Virus record (IMG/VR): IMGVR_UViG_3300013105_000023
Source of the DNA: an uncultured virus (IMG/VR IMGVR_UViG_3300013105_000023)
Lineage: Duplodnaviria > Heunggongvirae > Uroviricota > Caudoviricetes
Reading direction: 5' to 3' (one strand)
DNA length: 64,000 nucleotides
Every line of letters begins with the position of its first letter. Position 1 is the stretch's first letter. Below the pieces are notes generated by a model that was given only the letters and a program-made list of their open reading frames with translations, ran no database searches and had not been told where the DNA came from. Shown piece by piece: positions 56,651 to 64,000 of the stretch. The position numbers and the translations under genes are program-made.

Positions 56651-57583
56651 ATGGCTACAACTCAATCGAAATTAAAGCAGGTCCGCTACTACACGCAGCT
56701 GGATCCGTACTACGTCGATGTTGACAACCGTCCGTTAAAGGACATCATGGACAACATGGGCATTCTAGCAGATCAGCTGGATATCACCAAGGGGTCTTTC
56801 AACCGTGGTTCCCTGGCCGCAGCGGCAATCGGCATCCAGTTTGCGACTGACCAAGCGTTCGTGGGCAACCTGTACTTCCCAGGCGGACTGAATCTGAGTG
56901 TGCTGTTTGGCTACCTGATCCAGACCATCCCGTACGATATCGACAACCCGTACTTCCGTGTGCCAACCATGGCCATCCACGACGCGCCAACCAATCTGGT
57001 TAACGTTGCGGCACCGACCACTGCAGGCAAGAACATCAAGTACCTGCTGCAGGGCTACATGGAAGAAGCGACGGCGTCATCAATCGTTCCGGGCGTTGAC
57101 TCGTTGACCAAAGTGGCACGTTTCGCCCTGAAGTCGAGCGGTGAGTACGACAACACTGCGGCCGAACCTATCATGTACCCCGATACCGGGAACACGGCGG
57201 TTCTGAGCTTCGTGATCAAGTACGGTCAGACGTCACTGACTAAAAATGACATCCAGGAAATTCACTGGGTTGACCAGTCGAACATCTCAGATCTGGTTAC
57301 CGGTCAGTCGAAGACCAAGCTGGAAAATGCCCGCTTCATCAAGTACCGTGCATCACAGACGGTCGTGAAGGGCTCGAAGATTGTTGACCTGTCGCGGAAT
57401 ACTGACATCGATCTGTCCTACGGGAAAGACTCGCTGGACGTGTTCGTGTCCGGTGTGCACCAGACGAACTACTCAATCGATACAGTGAACCATACTGTTA
57501 TCCTGGGTGGGGAGCTGGCGTATGATACGGAAGTAACCGTGGTGCAAACCCGCGTTTACACCCTCGGCAACATCACAATTTAA
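56651..57583 (+). CDS. Probable virion structural protein
   Basis: VRYYT..DPYY..VDNRPL.D N-terminus; beta-rich C-terminus (VFVSGVHQ..Y). Confidence 0.6.
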   Translation: MATTQSKLKQVRYYTQLDPYYVDVDNRPLKDIMDNMGILADQLDITKGSFNRGSLAAAAIGIQFATDQAFVGNLYFPGGLNLSVLFGYLIQTIPYDIDNPYFRVPTMAIHDAPTNLVNVAAPTTAGKNIKYLLQGYMEEATASSIVPGVDSLTKVARFALKSSGEYDNTAAEPIMYPDTGNTAVLSFVIKYGQTSLTKNDIQEIHWVDQSNISDLVTGQSKTKLENARFIKYRASQTVVKGSKIVDLSRNTDIDLSYGKDSLDVFVSGVHQTNYSIDTVNHTVILGGELAYDTEVTVVQTRVYTLGNITI

Positions 57584-57857
57584 GCAGTTCATCCATGGTC
57601 GTCTCGGATTTCTCGAGTAACTCAAGGCACTCCTTGGCGACCATGTCTCTCTGATCTTTATCCTGCAGTGTCCGCACTTGCTGTACCAATCCTGCCATCT
57701 TCTTCACGTTCGTTTCCAACACCTTCATCGGAAAGCAAATGATGTTGCGATCACTCACGTGGTGAGCCACTTGCTGATACTTCGCCCAGAACAAACGCAG
57801 GCAGTTATCCTTTGAATTCGGATCTCTCGCGTCTTTCACAATTTGCATGTAATTCAT
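57573..57857 (-). CDS. Hypothetical protein
   Basis: 94-aa ORF. Confidence 0.5.
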   Translation of the reverse strand: MNYMQIVKDARDPNSKDNCLRLFWAKYQQVAHHVSDRNIICFPMKVLETNVKKMAGLVQQVRTLQDKDQRDMVAKECLELLEKSETTMDELLKL

Positions 57858-57926
57858 GTTTGACCCTATTGTAAAGTAAAAAAGGCCGAAGCCTTTGGGG
57901 ATGTCCCGCCGGAGCGGGACTACCAG

Positions 57927-58169
57927 TTACTGCTGGTGGGGTGTGACGCGTAATACAGCGACAGTACGAGGGGAGGAGACCAGCTCACTGTTTCCCTCAA
58001 GAGTACGGCCGCGGAAAGCGTCGTTCTCTCGCTTTTTGCCGTACGCCTGTAATGCCAGGGTAGTGCTGATACCGACCGCGACGCCTACACCCACCGCTAC
58101 AGCCAATTTTACACTTTCATCGCTCTGCTTGAACTTGCCCAGGAGGCCATTCTTTTTTACGTCTTCCAT
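57927..58169 (-). CDS. Single-TM protein, Lx(K/N)(F/Y)KQ family
   Basis: LGKFKQS followed by a TM helix. Confidence 0.7.
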   Translation of the reverse strand: MEDVKKNGLLGKFKQSDESVKLAVAVGVGVAVGISTTLALQAYGKKRENDAFRGRTLEGNSELVSSPRTVAVLRVTPHQQ

Positions 58170-58214
58170 CTGAATTTCCTTAAGGGGTCTTAGCTATTGA
58201 CCCCTCTTTGATGA

Positions 58215-58682
58215 TTACTTGTTAAGGCCCAGACCCTGACGGATTGCATCCTGCTTGGCTGGAGTTACTGGGGTACCGATAGCCTGAACGCCCAGAATGT
58301 TCTGGTCTTCAATGGCTTTGCGGCCCTGATACATTTCGTAGCCTTTGTAAGAGGCATAGCCAACGCCGGCAACCACAGCAGTAGCTGCAGTAGCGATGAT
58401 GACTTTCTTACCGGTAGATGCCTGTTTGAATTTACCCAGGGCACCGGCTTTGATCTGCTCAGCTTGCTCAACAGCAGCCTGCAGATTTTCTTCTGCGTTC
58501 TGCTTAGCTGAGGAGCCTTCGATCTTGTTCAGACGACCATCAAAGTCCGCAACGGTGCGAGCCATGACGTCCTGCTTCTGCAGCACTTCAGTTTGACCCT
58601 GCAGAATCTTCTCCATCATTTCTGCCATGTTGTCAGCAGTAACGGTTTCTTTGTTGGTAGTTTTAGCAGTATTGGTAGACAT
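58215..58682 (-). CDS. Coiled-coil single-TM protein, Lx(K/N)(F/Y)KQ family
   Basis: LGKFKQA followed by a TM helix. Confidence 0.75.
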   Translation of the reverse strand: MSTNTAKTTNKETVTADNMAEMMEKILQGQTEVLQKQDVMARTVADFDGRLNKIEGSSAKQNAEENLQAAVEQAEQIKAGALGKFKQASTGKKVIIATAATAVVAGVGYASYKGYEMYQGRKAIEDQNILGVQAIGTPVTPAKQDAIRQGLGLNK

Positions 58683-58719
58683 AAGGAAACTCCTGATAAT
58701 GAAAGTGATTGTATGTTTT

Positions 58720-58804
58720 GTTACACGATACTTATACCGTTACGCTTCTAACTTATTGATAGACAAACGTATTGCGGTTATTCTGTATACAAGATACTTA
58801 TACC
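58720..58804 (-). promoter_or_regulatory. Two tandem GGTATAAG promoters
   Basis: Cores at 58731-58738 and 58797-58804. Confidence 0.75.
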
Positions 58805-58811
58805 ATACCGA

Positions 58812-59027
58812 TTATTCGATATTGGATTTACGCTCTTTTGCCACGTGAGTGGTCAGGGCCAGGATCGCCGTGGTATTCAGCATGATAGCCTGGTTGTGAA
58901 GATCCAGGGTCTTCTGCTGCTGGCGGATGATGTACGCACCGGCGACGACGCCGACGGCAGACCCAACGACCATACCCACCATCATGCCTTTACCGGCAGC
59001 CTGCTTGTAGTTCTTTAAAACGCTCAT
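58812..59027 (-). CDS. Single-TM protein, Lx(K/N)(F/Y)KQ family
   Basis: LKNYKQA followed by a TM helix. Confidence 0.7.
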   Translation of the reverse strand: MSVLKNYKQAAGKGMMVGMVVGSAVGVVAGAYIIRQQQKTLDLHNQAIMLNTTAILALTTHVAKERKSNIE

Positions 59028-59029
59028 GG

Positions 59030-59194
59030 TTACTTCCCCGCGTCATCGATGAGATAGGAGACTTTACGTTCTAACTCTTCGATACGCTTGTTGTGGTAGA
59101 CGATAGCGCCTACGGTGAATGCACTCGCTGCAATTAAACCTACCGTTACGGCGGTAGATCGTTTAGACTGTTTGTACTTCTGTAAGACGGCCAT
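59030..59194 (-). CDS. 54-aa single-TM protein, Lx(K/N)(F/Y)KQ family (not in the ORF track)
   Basis: MAVLQKYKQSKRSTAVTVGLIAASAFTVGAIVYHNKRIEELERKV..; AGGAG RBS. Confidence 0.7.
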   Translation of the reverse strand: MAVLQKYKQSKRSTAVTVGLIAASAFTVGAIVYHNKRIEELERKVSYLIDDAGK

Positions 59195-59210
59195 AATATT
59201 CTCCTGTTTC

Positions 59211-59229
59211 GTTACACCCTTCTTATACC
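59211..59229 (-). promoter_or_regulatory. Phage GGTATAAG promoter
   Basis: GGTATAAGAAGGGTGTAAC. Confidence 0.75.
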
Positions 59230-59292
59230 ATGGTGGATTATGATAGTGGAATCCGCTAAAATCCCTTTAGTCTAATTAACGAGGAAAACCAT

Positions 59293-61023
59293 ATGTCAGG
59301 ATTGTTCGGATTGAACCCTACGCCAAGCGGCATGGCTGATAGCTACGAAGTAGGGCAGCTGCCGAGCCCGTTCTTCACGCAGGCGAATCAGTTCATCCCA
59401 CGAAGCTTCCACGATATCATCAAGTGGTCGCGCTACATCACGACTCAGTCACCTACCACGACCGAGGTGATTCGTAAGCTGTCATCTTATCCGATCACGG
59501 ACTTCATCATGGATTCCGATCAAGAGCTGACGGTCGATACGTACAAGAAGATCTTCAAGTCTGTGAAGTTCAAGGAAAAGCTGTGTGACTTTGGCTTTGA
59601 CTATTACACGCTGGGTAACGTCTACGTGTCTATCTACTTCCCGATCGACCGCCATCTGCACTGCCCGAACTGCAAGTCGAGTTACGAAGTGCGTGCGGCG
59701 ATGCGTTCAGGCTATGCGGTCTTCAAGAAGTGGACGTTCCAAGGCGAATGCCCGAACTGCTCAAACCAAGTGACGTACAAAGTCGTTGACACTAAGTCCC
59801 GAGACATCAACCGTATCAACCTGGTGAAGTGGAAAGCCGAGCACGTCTCCCTGAACCACAACCCGGTAACCGGTGAGTCGGAGTTCTACTACACCATCCC
59901 GGGTGACGTGAAACGCAAGATCATGATGGGTGACGCTCTGTTCCTGTCGACGGTGCCGTGGTCAATGGTTGAAGCCGTACGCTACAACAAGGACTACATG
60001 TTCGACCCGAGCAACATCTACCACATGAAATCTATCTCGATGGGCAACATGGTTGATGGCCTGGGTATTCCACCGCTGATCTCCCACTTCGGTCTGGTGT
60101 TCTACCAGCAGATGCTGCGTAAAGCGAACGAAGCCGTGGCGGCCGAACACATGGTTCCTCTGCGTGTGCTGTTCCCACAGCAATCTTCTGCAGCGGCTGA
60201 CCCAGTGGCATCCATGTCCCTGCGTGGCTTTGCGAAGAACATGCGTAACACCATGCGTAAGATGAAGTCAGATCCGAACCACATTCTGATTTCTCCAGTG
60301 CAGGTTGGTTACCAACAGCTCGGCGGCCAAGGTCGTTCACTGCTGGTTTCCCAAGAGCTGCAGTACGCTGAAGAACAACAGCTGATGTCTATGGGTGTAT
60401 CCCGTGAGCTGCTGTCCGGTACCACCAACTGGACGTCATCGACCGTCGGTCTGCGTCTGCTGGAAAACACCATGGGTAACTACGTTGGCCAGATCAGCGA
60501 AGTTATCAATTGGGTTATGGAAAAGATCGCTCAGTACCTGTCGATTGAGATCACCGACGTCAAGCTCGTGCCGTTTAAACTTACGGATAACGAGGCTCTC
60601 AAAGCGACCATGCTGGATATGTGGAAGTCGAAGATCCTCTCTGCGTCTACCCTGCTGGAAACCTTCGGCATGGACTACAACGAAGAGCTCGACAAGATGG
60701 GTCGTGACCAAGTGTCCGTCGCCGAGAAGGAAATCGAAATCAAGGACCTGGTTGATAAAGCCATGTACCAGAAATCGAAAGGCCTCAGCAGCGATAAAGA
60801 TTCATCTGGCTTTGCAGATAACCGCACCGAAGCGTACAATATCGCGAAGAAGATTCTGGCAGCCAAGTCTCCAGAAGAGCAACGTGATATCTTGATGGAT
60901 CTGCAGCATACCGATCCAACTCTGTACCAGACCGTAATGGGCGTACTGAACGATATGCCTAACCCGGGCGGCCAAGAACCAGGAGAGCAAAATGAGCAAG
61001 CACAACCCGCTGGAAACCAGTAA
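59293..61023 (+). CDS. Portal-like protein with a zinc-ribbon insertion
   Basis: DYYTLGNVYV, IYHMK, G.GIPPL and M.MGV..EL portal-type pattern; two CPNC motifs. Confidence 0.6.
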   Translation: MSGLFGLNPTPSGMADSYEVGQLPSPFFTQANQFIPRSFHDIIKWSRYITTQSPTTTEVIRKLSSYPITDFIMDSDQELTVDTYKKIFKSVKFKEKLCDFGFDYYTLGNVYVSIYFPIDRHLHCPNCKSSYEVRAAMRSGYAVFKKWTFQGECPNCSNQVTYKVVDTKSRDINRINLVKWKAEHVSLNHNPVTGESEFYYTIPGDVKRKIMMGDALFLSTVPWSMVEAVRYNKDYMFDPSNIYHMKSISMGNMVDGLGIPPLISHFGLVFYQQMLRKANEAVAAEHMVPLRVLFPQQSSAAADPVASMSLRGFAKNMRNTMRKMKSDPNHILISPVQVGYQQLGGQGRSLLVSQELQYAEEQQLMSMGVSRELLSGTTNWTSSTVGLRLLENTMGNYVGQISEVINWVMEKIAQYLSIEITDVKLVPFKLTDNEALKATMLDMWKSKILSASTLLETFGMDYNEELDKMGRDQVSVAEKEIEIKDLVDKAMYQKSKGLSSDKDSSGFADNRTEAYNIAKKILAAKSPEEQRDILMDLQHTDPTLYQTVMGVLNDMPNPGGQEPGEQNEQAQPAGNQ

Positions 61024-61273
61024 CAGCGGACAAAGCATGCCGGGGATGACCCCGGCTTTAGAAGACGTCGGGTTCAACCCTGAAGAATATGTCTACCGCG
61101 TCGGTCACTTTACGATCGGCGGGGAAGATGATGACACCATCCCGATGGAAACGCTGCTGACTCGCAGCCTGTCGGGAGACGTCGTTGTTATCGAACGCAA
61201 AGACTCAATCTCAGGCACCACCGGCGTCTACACCTGTGTGGTAATTTATATGGAGAAGCGACTGCATGCCTAA
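60992..61273 (+). CDS. Hypothetical protein
   Basis: AGGAG RBS; overlaps both neighbours. Confidence 0.6.
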   Translation: MSKHNPLETSNSGQSMPGMTPALEDVGFNPEEYVYRVGHFTIGGEDDDTIPMETLLTRSLSGDVVVIERKDSISGTTGVYTCVVIYMEKRLHA

Positions 61274-64000
61274 GTCAGCCAGTGATTTGATCCCGATTTT
61301 CTCATCGCCAAAGTCCATCAATGATGCGACTGACCACGCGATGCTGGACGGGATCGTTAAGCAGTTCCCAATCGAAACCGGGAAGTACACCCTCTCGGTT
61401 GTCGACCCGTACGTGGACAAGAAAGAATACACCACGGCCGACGAAAAGGACGCTATCCTCAAGTCACGCTCGCTGACCTACCCAATCCGCGGTACGCTGC
61501 TGCTGCACGACCGTGCGACCGGTAAGCTGGTAGACCGTGTGCAGAACTTCGCTTTAGCGGACACTTTCCACGTGACCAACAAGCACACGCTGCTGTACAA
61601 AGGGAACAACTACTCGGTTGCAAACTTAATGCAGCTGCGTCCGGGTGTCTACACCCGCCGCACCAACAACGGTGAGCTTGAGACCAACATCAACACCGGT
61701 AAGGGTGCAACGTTCTCGCTCGGTCTGGATTCCAAGACCATGCTGATCTACTTCTCGAAGATCAACGGCAAGACGTTGAACATCCCGATCGCCCCACTGT
61801 TGACCAAAGGCTTCGGTCTGAGTGCGTCAGAGATCACCAAGTTTGTCCCACAGGACGTTTGGCAGGCGAACCTGAAGTTGACGCAGGGTAAGGAAGACAC
61901 GGCACTGAACCAGCTGTACAAGCGTCTGGTGGACCGTCGTGAGCAATCGAAGAGCGTCTCAACGGAAGAGATGGGTGTTGCACTGAAGAAGCGTCTGGGT
62001 GAAATGACCCTGGACAAGGAAACGACCGAAGTGACCCTGGGTAAATCCTTCGGTGGCATCGAGCCGGAAACCCTGCTGCGTGCCATGCACAACATCGTTC
62101 AGGTGTACTCGAAGAAGCGCCCTGAGGATAACCGTGACTCACTGCAGTTCAAACGTGTGCAGAACCTGCCGGACTTCATCGGTCGTCGCTTCGAAGAGAA
62201 CAAGACGCACCAGACGGTCGGCAAAGCGTTTGACCGTATCAAGTACAACATGAGCCGCTTGAAGGAAGACGCTCCGTCATTGCGTGAAGTGATTCCGTCG
62301 AAGCCGTTCAACAAGATCTACACCGATTTCGTCATCGGTTCTCAGCTGTCGTCAACGCCGGACGAGACCAACCCAATCGAGTCGATCGAGAACGTCGGTA
62401 AAGTTACGCTGATCGCCAAAGGTGAAGGCGGGATGTCCTCTGAGCGTCAGGCCACCAGCGAGTCACGTAACGTGCACCCGTCAAACCTGGGGATCATCGA
62501 CCCGAGCCGTACCCCGGAGTCGTCATCTGCCGGCCTGGACCAGCGTTTCACCATTTCTGCCCGTCGCGACAAGGAAGGCGGCATGTACGCCCGTGCCCTC
62601 GATGCGAAAACCGGTAAGATGGTCTACCTGTCCGCCAACGAGCTGATGACCAAGGTGGTTGGTTTCCCAGACGGCATCAAGAGCGGTAAACCTCAAGTTC
62701 AAGCCCAGGTAAAAGGCGAGTTCAAGAGCGTGCCTCGCAGCGAAGTCGAATACTGGATCCCGTCGGGCACCGACATGTACACCATCACGACTAACCTCGT
62801 GCCGTTCCTGAACGCCAACCACCCAGGTCGTCTGACCATGGCCGGTAAGGCAATCCCTCAGGCACTGTCACTGGTACACCGTGAAGCACCGTTGGTGCAA
62901 ACCCTGGCGGACAACGGCCAGACCTTCGTGAAGCAAATCGGTCAGATCGTATCGACCGTGGCGCCAGCGGCGGGTACCGTCGTGAAAGCTGAGCCGAACA
63001 GCATCACCATCAAGACTGAAGAAGGCAAGCAGCACGTGGTCGACTTCGTGAAGAACCTGCCGTTCAACATGAAAGGTTTCCACGATGACGAAGCACACGG
63101 TCTGCAGGTCGGTGATCAAGTCAAAGCCGGGCAGGTTCTGTCGGACAACAACTACACCAAGAACGGTGAGTTCGCGATTGGTAAAAACCTGGAAACAGCG
63201 TACATGCCGTACAAAGGGTTCAACCACGAAGATGGTATCGTTGTATCCCGCTCTGCGTGTGCCAAGCTGACTTCGAACCACGCTTACAAAGTCGAATACT
63301 CGATGAGTAAGGAAACCGTGGCCGACCTCGGCAAGTACAAGTCAGCCTTCGCCGGCAAGTTCACCGCCGACCAGTTGAACAAGCTGGACAACCGTGGCTT
63401 CGCTAAGCCTGGTGTGACGCTGCATTACGGTGATCCGGTTTACGCCGTCCTCGAGACTCGTACGCTGACCGAGACCGACATGGTCCTGGGCCGTCTGCAC
63501 AAGACACTGGTGAACCCGTACCGTTCTGCTGCTGAGATTTGGGACCATGAAGAGCCCGGTGTTGTTACCGATTGCTCAACCGACGGCTCGAAGATCCGCA
63601 TCATGCTGCGTTCTGAGCGCCAGCTGGAAGTCGGTGACAAGGTGACCGGTCTGCACGGTAACAAAGGTGTTGTCTCTGCCATTCTGGAAGACGACGAGAT
63701 GCCGCATGCCAAGGCTACCGGTAAGCCACTCGACCTGATTCTGAACCCGGCGTCCGTGACTTCACGTATCAACCTGGGCCAAGTCTTTGAAGCTGCAGCT
63801 GGCAAGATCGCTCAGAAAGACGGCCAACCGTACAAGACCAAAGTGTACGATGAAGGCAACGTCGTGAAGAATATGATGGACAAGCTGAAAGAAAAAGGCT
63901 TGAGCGACACCGACACCGTGTACGATCCGAAGACTGGCCACGTCTACGGCGACCGCGTCCTGACCGGCCCGCAGTACATCCTGAAGCTGAACAAGACGAC
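61266..64000 (+). CDS. rpoB: DNA-directed RNA polymerase beta-like subunit, truncated by the window end (not in the ORF track)
   Basis: Frame from the ATG at 61266 carries SQLS..D..NP, RNVHPS..G..DP..TPES, LVPFL, GKNL..AYMPYKGFNHEDGIVVS, GDKVTGLHGNKGVVS, LNP..V.SR.NLGQ and YILKL. Confidence 0.92.
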   Translation, partial: MPKSASDLIPIFSSPKSINDATDHAMLDGIVKQFPIETGKYTLSVVDPYVDKKEYTTADEKDAILKSRSLTYPIRGTLLLHDRATGKLVDRVQNFALADTFHVTNKHTLLYKGNNYSVANLMQLRPGVYTRRTNNGELETNINTGKGATFSLGLDSKTMLIYFSKINGKTLNIPIAPLLTKGFGLSASEITKFVPQDVWQANLKLTQGKEDTALNQLYKRLVDRREQSKSVSTEEMGVALKKRLGEMTLDKETTEVTLGKSFGGIEPETLLRAMHNIVQVYSKKRPEDNRDSLQFKRVQNLPDFIGRRFEENKTHQTVGKAFDRIKYNMSRLKEDAPSLREVIPSKPFNKIYTDFVIGSQLSSTPDETNPIESIENVGKVTLIAKGEGGMSSERQATSESRNVHPSNLGIIDPSRTPESSSAGLDQRFTISARRDKEGGMYARALDAKTGKMVYLSANELMTKVVGFPDGIKSGKPQVQAQVKGEFKSVPRSEVEYWIPSGTDMYTITTNLVPFLNANHPGRLTMAGKAIPQALSLVHREAPLVQTLADNGQTFVKQIGQIVSTVAPAAGTVVKAEPNSITIKTEEGKQHVVDFVKNLPFNMKGFHDDEAHGLQVGDQVKAGQVLSDNNYTKNGEFAIGKNLETAYMPYKGFNHEDGIVVSRSACAKLTSNHAYKVEYSMSKETVADLGKYKSAFAGKFTADQLNKLDNRGFAKPGVTLHYGDPVYAVLETRTLTETDMVLGRLHKTLVNPYRSAAEIWDHEEPGVVTDCSTDGSKIRIMLRSERQLEVGDKVTGLHGNKGVVSAILEDDEMPHAKATGKPLDLILNPASVTSRINLGQVFEAAAGKIAQKDGQPYKTKVYDEGNVVKNMMDKLKEKGLSDTDTVYDPKTGHVYGDRVLTGPQYILKLNKT

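Noticed and set aside
1..64000. Bacterial chromosome or prophage (because of HU, thyA, rnhA, sigma and rpoB)
   Set aside because: These genes are divergent and sit among fibres, spanins, a portal-like gene and small unknown ORFs. There is no ribosomal operon context around rpoB and no integrase or repressor.
1..64000. CRISPR array, tRNA or rRNA genes, reverse transcriptase/DGR, IS elements
   Set aside because: No regular repeat-spacer run, cloverleaf, RT or transposase motif was seen by eye. tRNAscan and Infernal would be needed to exclude RNA genes fully.

Overview
The window is 64 kb of a large lytic tailed-phage genome with densely packed genes. The host is probably Erwinia or Pantoea, inferred from an AmsF/WceF-like exopolysaccharide hydrolase. 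The minus strand carries accessory and counter-defence genes (RtcB, Acb1, Nudix, NAMPT plus NMNAT-Nudix, a CapW/BrxR-like wHTH lacking its WYL sensor, P22-antirepressor-N and KilA-N paralogues) and replication genes (a family A polymerase split into two distant genes, primase-helicase, ligase, ThyA, RNase H, SSB, an AddB/Cas4-like nuclease, DinG and SNF2 helicases). The plus strand carries HU, a sigma-70-family factor, a tail-fibre cluster, a portal-like gene and the 5' part of an unsplit bacterial-type RNA polymerase beta subunit. Non-coding signals read directly from the sequence are: a phage promoter motif (TC..-N15-GGTATAAG-N4-GTGTAA, about 16 copies), three host sigma-70 promoters, a duplicated 141-bp origin-like element, and an operator-like palindrome present twice upstream of an antirepressor-family gene and again inside its coding sequence. 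All protein assignments come from motif recognition by eye; no searches were run.
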